Shown here piece after piece: positions 20,462-29,666 of a stretch of 64,000 nt of DNA. The stretch comes from Candidatus Thorarchaeota archaeon (lineage in GTDB: Archaea; Asgardarchaeota; Thorarchaeia; Thorarchaeales; Thorarchaeaceae). The notes beneath the pieces are model-generated. The model ran no database searches. It was not told where the DNA came from and saw only the letters and a list, made by a program, of their open reading frames with translations. Both the position numbers and the translations under genes were made by a program. The stretch covers positions 27,836-91,835 of the forward strand of contig JAWOEX010000023.1 in assembly GCA_046482545.1 (NCBI GenBank). The letters run 5' to 3'. Numbering within the stretch: the stretch's first letter is position 1; every line of letters begins with the position of its first letter.

Positions 20462-22173
20462 CGTACACCAACCTCCTTCAACTGGTTTATTATCCAGCGG
20501 GGTGTCATGGGACGCCCATCATACTTGTTGATTTCCTGATCGACGCTCAATCCCGTTTCCATCCTAACAAGCTTCGCAAATTGCGATGTTGCATTTTGTT
20601 CCACAGAGACCACATTCTTAGCATGTTTCCAGGTTTCACGGAGGATGTCAGTCTTCAGTGGATAGAGATAAGCGTAATGGAGATGATTGATGGACAACCC
20701 TTTTTGAGACAATCTGAGCATCGCCTCATATGCCGCCCCCCAGGTAGACCCCCATGTCAGGAGTGTGTATTCTGCTCCCTTGTTCCCATATAACTTCGGT
20801 TCTTCGAGTTCTTCTAGTATGCCAGAAATTTTCGCCAATCGTTTCTCGACCATGTCTTTCCGATTATCGGGGGCCTCTGAAATATGGCCGAATTCATTAT
20901 GGGAGTTCCCGGAAGCAGCAACCACCACGCCTTCGTCGCCAGGAAATGCTCGCGGGGAAACACCATCGTCAGTTATTTTGAATCGCTTGTAAGGATTATC
21001 TACATTCTCAGCAAGTTCTCCTCGGTTCATGTTGATGTCTTTTACTTCAATTCTTGGAATATTCATGCTAAACTCTGCGAGATGGTGATCACCAAGCAGC
21101 ATAACGGGGACCTGAAATCGGTCCGCTAGACGAAAAGCATTCTTCGTGAGCTGATATGCTTCGAGAGGATCCTTTGGGGCAATCATGATTCTTGGAAACT
21201 CACCCTGTGAAGCATGAAGCATGAATAGCAGGTCACCCTGTTCCGTTCGTGTTGGCAAGCCTGTACTCGGACCGGGCCGCTGGGCATTATAGATTACTAT
21301 CGGGATTTCAGCCATGCCTGCCAGTCCAAGAGCTTCCACCATCAGTGAAAATCCCCCACCGGAAGTTGTAATCATGGATCGAGCGCCTGTGTGTGAAGCT
21401 CCAAGCGCCATATTTAGTCCAGCTATTTCATCCTCTGTTTGGAGTCCACCAATCTTCAAGCGCTCTGCATTCTGGATGATAAACTGGAAAAGTGATGTCG
21501 AGGGGCTCATGGGATAGGCAGATATCCACTTCAAATTAGCCGCGATAGCTCCGATGCCAATAGCCTGATTTCCGGTTACAATCAATCGGTCTTTAGAAGG
21601 ACCCCGTTCAACACTGCTGAAATCGTGGTCGCATTGATTGGCGAATTCACCCGCTACCCGTTCATACAAAGTCTTCGCAACTCTAATGTTCGCTTCTACC
21701 AAACTCTTTCCTTTGTCACCAAAGATACCCTGCAAAGCGTTCTCTGCGAGTGAAAGTGGCATTTTAAGAACTGATAACATAGCTCCCAAAGCGGCTGCAT
21801 TCATCATACGAACATCACCACCCACTTTCTTGGCCGTTTCTTTAAGAGAGAGGGGCAGGTGACACTTCTCACATTCGTCAAAGCGGAGTGACTCATCAAA
21901 TATGATAACACCGCCCTCAACAAGTCTGTCTCGCTGTTTGATAATCGCCTCTTTTGTCAAAGCAACAATCACATCGATATCATGAACGGGAGTATATACA
22001 GGCTCATCTGATACGCGAATCTGGCTGAAGTTGTAACCTCCTCTAACTCGTGACATGTAGTCCTTTATCGTAAATGTATAGAGGCCGTTCTTCACAAAGA
22101 CTTGGGCTACTAGGTCTCCTATAGTGTTGATGCCTTGACCTGCTGCGCCGCCAATATTGAAATTAATATCCAT
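20458..22173 (-). CDS. 2-oxoacid:ferredoxin oxidoreductase alpha subunit (gamma-alpha fusion)
   Basis: GGAAGQG, YPMSP, EDEIA, TSGGGFSLM, RPGPSTGLPT. Likely start ATG 22173. Confidence 0.95.
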   Translation of the reverse strand: MDINFNIGGAAGQGINTIGDLVAQVFVKNGLYTFTIKDYMSRVRGGYNFSQIRVSDEPVYTPVHDIDVIVALTKEAIIKQRDRLVEGGVIIFDESLRFDECEKCHLPLSLKETAKKVGGDVRMMNAAALGAMLSVLKMPLSLAENALQGIFGDKGKSLVEANIRVAKTLYERVAGEFANQCDHDFSSVERGPSKDRLIVTGNQAIGIGAIAANLKWISAYPMSPSTSLFQFIIQNAERLKIGGLQTEDEIAGLNMALGASHTGARSMITTSGGGFSLMVEALGLAGMAEIPIVIYNAQRPGPSTGLPTRTEQGDLLFMLHASQGEFPRIMIAPKDPLEAYQLTKNAFRLADRFQVPVMLLGDHHLAEFSMNIPRIEVKDINMNRGELAENVDNPYKRFKITDDGVSPRAFPGDEGVVVAASGNSHNEFGHISEAPDNRKDMVEKRLAKISGILEELEEPKLYGNKGAEYTLLTWGSTWGAAYEAMLRLSQKGLSINHLHYAYLYPLKTDILRETWKHAKNVVSVEQNATSQFAKLVRMETGLSVDQEINKYDGRPMTPRWIINQLKEVGVR

Positions 22174-22349
22174 AGCAATGCGTCTCCGAGAAAGAAACCC
22201 GTCTGGATGGTTTATCTTGGGGTGCAAAACGTGAACCTCGCTTATTAGCATGTTCGTATCGGGAATTTGTAACGATTTTCTGAAATCTCAGGAGAAATCT
22301 ATCGTGTGCTTGAAAAGCTGCCAATGGTGGATAAAGCAATCTTTTTAAA

Positions 22350-22401
22350 CGAAACGCATGTACAGTTTTCTCAGTGTATTGCGAAACGCATGTACAGTTT
22401 T
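22350..22401 (+). repeat. Perfect 20-bp direct repeat CGAAACGCATGTACAGTTTT (22350-22369 and 22382-22401) directly after TATA box TTTTTAAA (22342-22349); candidate operator
   Basis: Read directly from sequence; 32-bp period; each unit contains the dyad AAAC-N9-GTTT. Confidence 0.85.
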
Positions 22402-22472
22402 GTCAAGAAAAGTCAGGCACTCTGTACTGCGATTCCGCACTTGAACAATAGACAAAAATGAGGTATGAAAAT

Positions 22473-24155
22473 ATGGCACAAATGAGTGGTACTCCAGTAC
22501 TTATTCTAAAGGAAGGTACCTCGCGTACTCGAGGCAGATCCGCACAAGAGAACAACGTAAACGCAGGCAAGATTATCGCAGAAGCGGTCAGGTCAACACT
22601 TGGCCCACGCGGTATGGACAAGATGCTGGTTGATTCGCTTGGTGATGTTACAATCACTAATGACGGTGCATCTATTCTCAAAGAGATAGATGTTCAGCAT
22701 CCCGCTGCAAAAATGCTTGTAGAAGTCGCTAAGAGCCAAGACCAGGAGACTGGTGACGGCACTACGACTTCGGTTGTGATTGCCGGTGAACTGCTGAAGA
22801 GAGCAGAGGACCTTCTAGAGAAGAACATCCATCCAACAATTGTCGTTGGTGGATATCAGAAAGCAGCTGAAAAAGCTACAGAGATTCTTAATGAGATTTC
22901 AGTATCGATGGAAGGGATGGATAAGGACATTTTGAATAAAATTGCTTCCACATCTATGAACAGCAAATCCATCGTTGGAACCAAAGATCATTTCGCCAAC
23001 ATCGCTGTTGATGCGGTCCTTCAGGTCAATGAAGTTGTTGACGGCAAAAATGTTGCCGACATTGATATGATTGAAGTCATCAAGAAGCAGGGCAAAAGCC
23101 TACTTGAGACAGAGCTTGTGGATGGCATGGTTGTGGACAAAGAGGTCGTCCATGCAGGCATGCCCAAGACAGTTTCCAATGCAAAAATCGCTCTGATCAA
23201 TGCACCCATCGAGGTTGAGAAGACCGAATTCGATGCGGAAATCAAAATCGACAGGCCGGATCAGCTCAAGCAATTCATCGACGAAGAAGAGCGCATGCTC
23301 AAGAAGATGGTTGACAGAATTATCGATACAGGTACAAACGTCCTAATCTGTCAGAAGGGTATTGATGACGTAGCCCAGCACTATCTTGCTAAGGCAGGCG
23401 TACTTGCTATTCGCAGGGCTAAGAAGAGCACTCTTGAGAAACTTGCCAAAGCTACAGGCGCGACTGTTGCTAGTAGCTTGGATGAGCTCGACGAAGAAGC
23501 ACTCGGTGTAGCAGGCCTTGTTGAAGAGGTCAAGATTGCCGATGATAAGCTCGTCTATATCAGAGAATGCAAGGATCCCAAGGCAGTTTCGATTGTCATT
23601 CGTGGTGGTACTGAGCATGTTGTTGACGAGGCTGAAAGAGCACTGCATGATGCTCTCTGTGTTGTGAGGAATGTCGTTGAAGACGGTACATACGTTGGAG
23701 GCGGTGGAGCTCCCGAGGCAGAGATATCCAAGAGGCTTGAAGCCTATGCGAAGAAAGTAGGCGGTCGTGAGCAACTCGCCATAGAGGCATTCGCCGAGGC
23801 ACTAAGAGTTATTCCAAAGACTCTAGCTGAGAATGCTGGTCATGATCCCATCGATATCATAGCTGACCTCAACAAAGAACACTCTGGCAAGGCAGGTATC
23901 TGGGCGGGCGTGAATGTGCTCGAAGGTAAGATATCTGACATGCAGAAAGCCGGGGTCATTGAGCCTGCTCGTGTGAAACACCAAGCCGTTCGATCCGCAG
24001 CTGAAGCAGCCCAAATGATACTGCGAATTGACGATGTCATCGCAGCCAAAGCCACTGAAGCTCCCGCTGGTCCACCTGGTGGAGGCGCGGGTGGTATGGG
24101 TGGTATGGGCGGTATGGGTGGCATGGGCGGTATGGGCGGTATGCCCCCAATGTGA
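22473..24155 (+). CDS. ths: Thermosome subunit (group II chaperonin)
   Basis: [28 protein letters not shown]; (GGM)n tail. Likely start ATG 22473. Confidence 0.97.
   Translation: MAQMSGTPVLILKEGTSRTRGRSAQENNVNAGKIIAEAVRSTLGPRGMDKMLVDSLGDVTITNDGASILKEIDVQHPAAKMLVEVAKSQDQETGDGTTTSVVIAGELLKRAEDLLEKNIHPTIVVGGYQKAAEKATEILNEISVSMEGMDKDILNKIASTSMNSKSIVGTKDHFANIAVDAVLQVNEVVDGKNVADIDMIEVIKKQGKSLLETELVDGMVVDKEVVHAGMPKTVSNAKIALINAPIEVEKTEFDAEIKIDRPDQLKQFIDEEERMLKKMVDRIIDTGTNVLICQKGIDDVAQHYLAKAGVLAIRRAKKSTLEKLAKATGATVASSLDELDEEALGVAGLVEEVKIADDKLVYIRECKDPKAVSIVIRGGTEHVVDEAERALHDALCVVRNVVEDGTYVGGGGAPEAEISKRLEAYAKKVGGREQLAIEAFAEALRVIPKTLAENAGHDPIDIIADLNKEHSGKAGIWAGVNVLEGKISDMQKAGVIEPARVKHQAVRSAAEAAQMILRIDDVIAAKATEAPAGPPGGGAGGMGGMGGMGGMGGMGGMPPM
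24090..24143 (+). repeat. Coding 9-bp tandem repeat encoding (GGM)6 chaperonin tail
   Basis: ggYggYatg x6. Confidence 0.9.
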
Positions 24156-24191
24156 TAGTTTAGTACAAAGATAGATTGAATCTAAGAGAAA

Positions 24192-24228
24192 GGAGCCCTT
24201 CGGGCTCCAACCTCTGCTTTTCTTTTTT
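24192..24228 (+). terminator. Hairpin GGAGCCC-TTC-GGGCTCC followed by T-tract after thermosome gene
   Basis: Perfect 7-bp inverted repeat 24192-24208, then ctgcttttctttttt. Confidence 0.7.
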
Positions 24229-24244
24229 CCGGGGAGAATAATCC

Positions 24245-25108
24245 TTGACCACAAGAATCCTGATTTCTGGCATCAACCCATTTCGTTCAGGTAAGACAAC
24301 CTTTGCGATTCAGTTAGGTCAATTCTTGCAGGAAAAAGGTGTGGATTCGGAATACTTCAAACCAATTAGTGGTCATAGTTACTGGTTTCATCATGATCAC
24401 ACCAGAGACTGCCTAGACCAAGGAAGACTGTTCTCTCTGGATGCCAAACGCGTACGGGACAAACTTGGATCAAACTTCCCGGTGACTGTAACAAATCCAG
24501 TACACAGGATGTTCGCTCCTGCGGTCATCGATAAACCGGGTCGGCTTCCGATTACCTCTCTTGCGCTCGCAGGTTGGGATTCCGTCTTGGTCATGCAACG
24601 GTTTACCAAATCTGAGAACAGTGAACTACAATCGAGCATGGTAGTAGGAACTGAACTCATTGAGAAGGGAACAACAATTGTGGATAGAGAGACAATGGAA
24701 ACTCTCTCTCAAGATAGCAAGGTTATACCTGTAGACTCGCTCAAGCAGGTCAGAGAATATGAACAGCAGAACTTCGAGGAGTGTGTACAGAGTTGTTTCG
24801 AAGCTATTGAAGCTGAAGCTGATGCAGTAATTATCGAATCGTTCAATAATTCCATCTGGCCATGGGAACACCTCAAGAAAGTGGACCAAGTATTCGTTGT
24901 TGGACCCGCTCAGGCCTTCGAATATGACCCGGAGAAATTCAGCAAGGCTGCATTTATGATGAAGAGAGGACGAGAACCCCTTCGAGAAGTCACGATGAAT
25001 AGAGTGGATGATTTGCTGAGTCCTCTACAACGTTTTGATTTGCTACCTAACAGAGGTATCGCCGAAAGAGACTTGCGCAGAATTTCATTAGTCACAAGAA
25101 AAGATTAA
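24245..25108 (+). CDS. Predicted archaeal P-loop ATPase/GTPase (COG4028-like)
   Basis: ILISGINPFRSGKTT, FKPISGH..W, NPVHR, IIESFN pattern. Confidence 0.7.
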   Translation: MTTRILISGINPFRSGKTTFAIQLGQFLQEKGVDSEYFKPISGHSYWFHHDHTRDCLDQGRLFSLDAKRVRDKLGSNFPVTVTNPVHRMFAPAVIDKPGRLPITSLALAGWDSVLVMQRFTKSENSELQSSMVVGTELIEKGTTIVDRETMETLSQDSKVIPVDSLKQVREYEQQNFEECVQSCFEAIEAEADAVIIESFNNSIWPWEHLKKVDQVFVVGPAQAFEYDPEKFSKAAFMMKRGREPLREVTMNRVDDLLSPLQRFDLLPNRGIAERDLRRISLVTRKD

Positions 25109-25164
25109 ACATGGTCTGTTAATTCACGGTTTGTAAGCAGTAAATTTCAAGGAGAAAAATTTTG

Positions 25165-26115
25165 ATGTCTGAAGAGAAGCTTGACTGGGAGCTTGTAGTT
25201 ATCGGCGGAGGTCCTGCTGGAATGACTGCCGCTATCTACGGGGGGCGGTATGGACTAGATACGCTCCTATTGGAATCCAAGGTTCTGGGTGGAGCTCAAG
25301 CGACAAGCCCAGGCATTGAGAACTATCCTGGCTTTACGTTCATCAAAGGAATCGATCTCGCAGAACGAATGAAGCAACAGGTCCGAGAATGCGGCTCCAA
25401 AATACAAGAGATAACGGAGGTCGAGAATATCGAAATTGATAATGATGATAGTCGCGGATTTATCCTTGAAACCAAGCGAGGGAACTATACTGCGGAGGCA
25501 ATTATTGTTGCCACTGGGGGAGGACACAGGGTTCTCAATGTGCCAGGTGAAGAAAAATACACTGGGCGTGGAGTCTCTTTCTGCGCCACATGTGATGGAC
25601 CACTTTTCAGGGGTCGGGAGGTCGCAGTTGTGGGAGGAGGAAATACTGCGGCGACTGAAGCTGTATATCTATCCGAAATCACTTCGAAGACCTACATGAT
25701 TCATCGTCGTGACGAGCTCAGAGCAGAACACGCCATGGAAAGAGCCCTGATGAAATCGGATGTAGAAATCCTTTGGGATACCATCGTGAAGGAGTTCAGA
25801 GGAAATCAAGTTCTTGAAGAACTCCTGATAGAGAATGTTCAGACAGGCAAACAGAGTACACTTGAGGTTGATGGAGCATTTGTGGCTCTTGGCTCCAATC
25901 CAAACAGCGAGATCGCTCAGGATATAGGGGTCGAGACCAACGATGCCGGCGAAATCCTAGTAACCGATAAGATGGCTACTAACGTAAAAGGAGTATTTGC
26001 CGCAGGAGATGTAGTTGATTCTTTGAAGCAGATAGCTGTTGCTGTAGGGCATGGAGCTGTCGCCGCAGATTCTGCATACGCCTATATCAGACAGATGGAA
26101 AAGGGGCCACGATAG
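25165..26115 (+). CDS. trxB: Thioredoxin-disulfide reductase
   Basis: GGGPAG, ENYPG, GVSFCATCDG, VGGGN, HRRDELRA, FAAGD. Confidence 0.95.
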   Translation: MSEEKLDWELVVIGGGPAGMTAAIYGGRYGLDTLLLESKVLGGAQATSPGIENYPGFTFIKGIDLAERMKQQVRECGSKIQEITEVENIEIDNDDSRGFILETKRGNYTAEAIIVATGGGHRVLNVPGEEKYTGRGVSFCATCDGPLFRGREVAVVGGGNTAATEAVYLSEITSKTYMIHRRDELRAEHAMERALMKSDVEILWDTIVKEFRGNQVLEELLIENVQTGKQSTLEVDGAFVALGSNPNSEIAQDIGVETNDAGEILVTDKMATNVKGVFAAGDVVDSLKQIAVAVGHGAVAADSAYAYIRQMEKGPR

Positions 26116-26222
26116 AGTACATTCGTTGTTAATGGGAAAGCTTAATTACCGACTCCGAGTCCGATGCAAAACACGCAGCGCAAACCACAGTTTGCAGCAT
26201 TTGCACTGGCCGTGATGTTCCT

Positions 26223-27425
26223 ATGAATAAGGTCAAGATTACAGGATTAGCCGTGGTATTCACATTATTGTTTCTATCAGCAATCACTCAGCCTGCCCAA
26301 GCCAACCCAGCGACGAGGCTGCAAACCGCAAACCAGTATCTTGATGATATGTATGAAAGTAGTGAAGGTGGGTTTACAGTTCCTACTGCCAGTGCTTCAA
26401 GAGTAGCAGGCACCTTCGGAGCAATTGTATTCAGGCATCACATGCCACCTAATGTAGACGGAGGATATCTGTCCTCCAGACCACCACCATTCAATCTTGT
26501 CAAAACAAAGAATTTCACGCAGAAGGTACAATGGGTATCCGGAGATGTTGAGAGTGATAAATATGGCGGCTTCGCAGCCTATGTTGCAGGGCCTGTGTCG
26601 ATTATCTCTTCATTCAGAGCCATTCAAATCTGGCAAATACTGAATGAGCATAATGACATTCCAGGCATGGAAGAAGTAACCATCAATGCTACAGCGGTGC
26701 TAGTGTACGTAAACAAAACCCAATCCACAAACGGCGGTTTTGGGCCTCAAGCCGGTGCATCACCTGATTTGCTTTCCACGTACAGGGCGCTATCAATCAT
26801 GGAATATGTTCTCACCATCACAGATGAATCCATGAATGAGTGGCTGCTAAACAAGACAAAGACTATCGAGTGGATTATGTCCTGCAGGCAGGGTAATGCA
26901 TTCACATTGACTCCGAGTGCAAGAACAGTAGGTGTAACACCAACCGCAGCAGCTCTAATCTCCCTTGACATCTTGGGGGGCCTTGCGACTACCGAGGATA
27001 TTCAAGGAATAGCTGACTGGATTCAGGAAAGACAAGTTTTCGAGTCATCATCCGGAGAGTTCATCGGTGGATTTCAGGAAGGCGTTGCAACAAACGACAC
27101 TAATCTTGTTAGTACGTATTTTGCAGTAGAGGCGTTGAATCTTCTGGACGCCCTTCCAGAGAATACATCTGTTATTGGAGAGTTCGTGGCAAGCTGTCAG
27201 GCTGCGGACGGAAGCTGGGCATCTGTTCCCGGCCTTGAAGAGGGGGACATTGTCTATATGGCCCATGCTGCTCGTACTCTATCCATCATAGATGAAGGCT
27301 CTATTCTCCGTAAGGAGGATCCCAACAATCCCACGCCTCCATTGATTGACTGGAGAATTCTATTCATAGCATCAATCATCATCGTGATACTGATTGTGGC
27401 CATATTATCGGTTAGAAAAGACTAG
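26223..27425 (+). CDS. Secreted/membrane-anchored prenyltransferase/squalene-oxidase-repeat (alpha/alpha barrel) protein
   Basis: Signal peptide (AQA site); repeated Q..xGG(F/W) motifs; C-terminal TM followed by RKD. Confidence 0.7.
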   Translation: MNKVKITGLAVVFTLLFLSAITQPAQANPATRLQTANQYLDDMYESSEGGFTVPTASASRVAGTFGAIVFRHHMPPNVDGGYLSSRPPPFNLVKTKNFTQKVQWVSGDVESDKYGGFAAYVAGPVSIISSFRAIQIWQILNEHNDIPGMEEVTINATAVLVYVNKTQSTNGGFGPQAGASPDLLSTYRALSIMEYVLTITDESMNEWLLNKTKTIEWIMSCRQGNAFTLTPSARTVGVTPTAAALISLDILGGLATTEDIQGIADWIQERQVFESSSGEFIGGFQEGVATNDTNLVSTYFAVEALNLLDALPENTSVIGEFVASCQAADGSWASVPGLEEGDIVYMAHAARTLSIIDEGSILRKEDPNNPTPPLIDWRILFIASIIIVILIVAILSVRKD

Positions 27426-27507
27426 CGAGCACAATATCTTTATCACGACTTGGCTCAATTGAGCAGTATAGACACAGTCTCAGCGTGTGCTGTTGTGAGT
27501 TGATAGA

Positions 27508-29058
27508 ATGTCAGAAAGAAATGATAATAGCAGTCAGAGTCGAGCCTATCAACGTGGGTACGAATGGTTCTCAAACACAATAAGAAAGGGTCTTGATAAT
27601 CGATCCTGGAAGAGACTGGGTATCTTCTCCTACTACGAAGCACCATTTCTGGATACGCCGGATCTCCATCTTTCGCCTGAACAGACGATGTTGGCCATGG
27701 CGAAATATAGGTCAGAATCTGAAGGGGCTACCGTATTCATCCTAGATATCACTAGTGAACGTGAAACAACAATAGTAAGTGAACGAGGATTCAATGATTT
27801 CCTTCGTATTTTCAGTAAGGAGTTTCCAAATTCAAAGAAGTTCTATTTTGGTTCCAAGACCTCTGAACGGACATGGTTGCATGAATATGAAGCGCATAAA
27901 ATACCTCTCAAATGGCTAGTAAAAAGGCCGAACATATTTGCAGAGGTTCTCAGTGATGCATCTCCTGTTGGAGAAGATATTGGTCCCGGGGATGCTTCCT
28001 TTGAGAATATTGTGGGAATGATTGAAGTACTGAAAGAGAAATTGGGTCCCCCTTCACTGACAGAGGAAGTCATGGGAAAAATAAAGAAAACGGAGGCTAG
28101 CGAATACGCCGGAGAAGCTGTAGGCCTTATGACTGTCTTCGTCAGCCCTACGGTTGCTGTGTCACGGGGAGTCAAGTATCTCGGGAAGTTTATGAATCTC
28201 TTAAAAGACCGCAGAAAACAAGAAGTGAAGGAGGTGTACGAAGAATGGGAGCAACGAGTCGAGGAGACATTCTCTGAAGAACACTTGTTGAATTTTTTTC
28301 ACGATGATGAAAATTACCAGAGTCCCCTGATTCAAGCAGTTGATGATGAGGAAATCATTCTACTCATCAATGAAAGTCGGGACACGCTTTACGATCTGTT
28401 CTTTCCTCTGGTTCTCCATCACCTCATGGAACTCAAGGGGTATGTGCCGCCACATAGGCGAAGGAGAGTCGATCCTCGTGCAGACGAAGAAGCTCAACAA
28501 GCTAGTATTTACAAAAGCGAGGTTATGAATGAGGAGGAAGAAGAAGAGTTCCATGAATTGGAACAGGAACTGATTGATGCTGCAGAAAGCATCGAAAAGG
28601 AGGAAGAAGAGCAACCAGATACGAAGGATTTTCAAGATAAACCACAAATCAGCATATTTCTAGACTCAGCAACATACCTGTCCAAGCTGTCCAAGTCGTT
28701 TGAATTTGCTCTTTCCATTCCTGAGACCTATACGAATACGTCGTTAGCAGCATACTTCTTTACTGACTTGCAGGAAGTATCTGAACCGGTTAGAGATGCT
28801 GTTCTCAAGTTCATCAGTGAAAAGGCACTAGTATTTGATCTGCATCCGGTCCTGTTTGACCTAGCGTCAGATGGCATGCCAATCACCAGAAAAGTCTGGT
28901 TAGAAAGCATTTTCAGACAAATCGAAGAGAAGCGACACAAGGACAGATTGGGTTTTCTCGAATATGACATAAGCCTTGAAGATAATTGGAGAGTACACGA
29001 GCTGCAGAGGCCTGAACCGAAGATAGTATCTGATATCAAGGGTTGGTTTGGTAGATAA
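27508..29058 (+). CDS. Hypothetical protein, possibly degenerate HerA/VirB4-like P-loop fold
   Basis: 516-aa ORF with acidic insert; VFILD..SE and ISIFLDSA segments; no Walker A. Confidence 0.6.
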   Translation: MSERNDNSSQSRAYQRGYEWFSNTIRKGLDNRSWKRLGIFSYYEAPFLDTPDLHLSPEQTMLAMAKYRSESEGATVFILDITSERETTIVSERGFNDFLRIFSKEFPNSKKFYFGSKTSERTWLHEYEAHKIPLKWLVKRPNIFAEVLSDASPVGEDIGPGDASFENIVGMIEVLKEKLGPPSLTEEVMGKIKKTEASEYAGEAVGLMTVFVSPTVAVSRGVKYLGKFMNLLKDRRKQEVKEVYEEWEQRVEETFSEEHLLNFFHDDENYQSPLIQAVDDEEIILLINESRDTLYDLFFPLVLHHLMELKGYVPPHRRRRVDPRADEEAQQASIYKSEVMNEEEEEEFHELEQELIDAAESIEKEEEEQPDTKDFQDKPQISIFLDSATYLSKLSKSFEFALSIPETYTNTSLAAYFFTDLQEVSEPVRDAVLKFISEKALVFDLHPVLFDLASDGMPITRKVWLESIFRQIEEKRHKDRLGFLEYDISLEDNWRVHELQRPEPKIVSDIKGWFGR

Positions 29059-29201
29059 TTCCCCCGTGATTGCGCTCCATATTGCAGGATTCACAGGTCG
29101 AAACACTAGCTACAACTAGGCGCAAGAAATATAGGACACAAAGATAGGGAACAAGGGTAGAGTCCTTTGTCCGGAGGATAATAGATTTGAGTAGAGCCGA
29201 T

Positions 29202-29609
29202 ATGACCCATGCTAAGGTATTGAAGATAGAAACTGGAGACACCATAACTCTGCCATCTGATTTCGTTGGTGCAATTAACGAAGAGTATGGATTAGCTATT
29301 CTCGTAATGAAGGATCAAAACGTGAAGCTATACCCAATAAAGAGTAGTGAGGTGATGTATCTCCGACTTGAGATTCAAAAACTAAGCAAGAGCTTCTTGG
29401 AAGAGCTCACCATGGTTTTTGAGCAGGCAGGACTCGAAGACATTCTCTTTACGAGTGGAATATGTCAATCCGAACAAGAATGCTATTACGAATGTTACTT
29501 TACACCTAAGCAACTGAAAATCGATGCTGACAAAATGAGAGAATTATTGGATAACATACCCGGAATCAAGAAAATCCTGCTCAAAGCTGTCCCTGTTGGT
29601 GGACGATAG
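29202..29609 (+). CDS. Hypothetical protein, AbrB-like N-terminus plus ACT-like C-terminus
   Basis: GDTITLP...VKLYP resembles a swapped hairpin; beta-alpha-beta-beta-alpha-beta pattern ending LDNIPGIKKI. Confidence 0.5.
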   Translation: MTHAKVLKIETGDTITLPSDFVGAINEEYGLAILVMKDQNVKLYPIKSSEVMYLRLEIQKLSKSFLEELTMVFEQAGLEDILFTSGICQSEQECYYECYFTPKQLKIDADKMRELLDNIPGIKKILLKAVPVGGR

Positions 29610-29666
29610 GATTCTTCGCAAGCTCCGGCTTCTGCGGGCATTCGGGTAGGAGTTGCCACCCATAAG

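Noticed and set aside
22350-22401. Mini-CRISPR array
   Set aside because: Only two 20-bp units with a 12-bp spacer and no cas genes; better explained as an operator.
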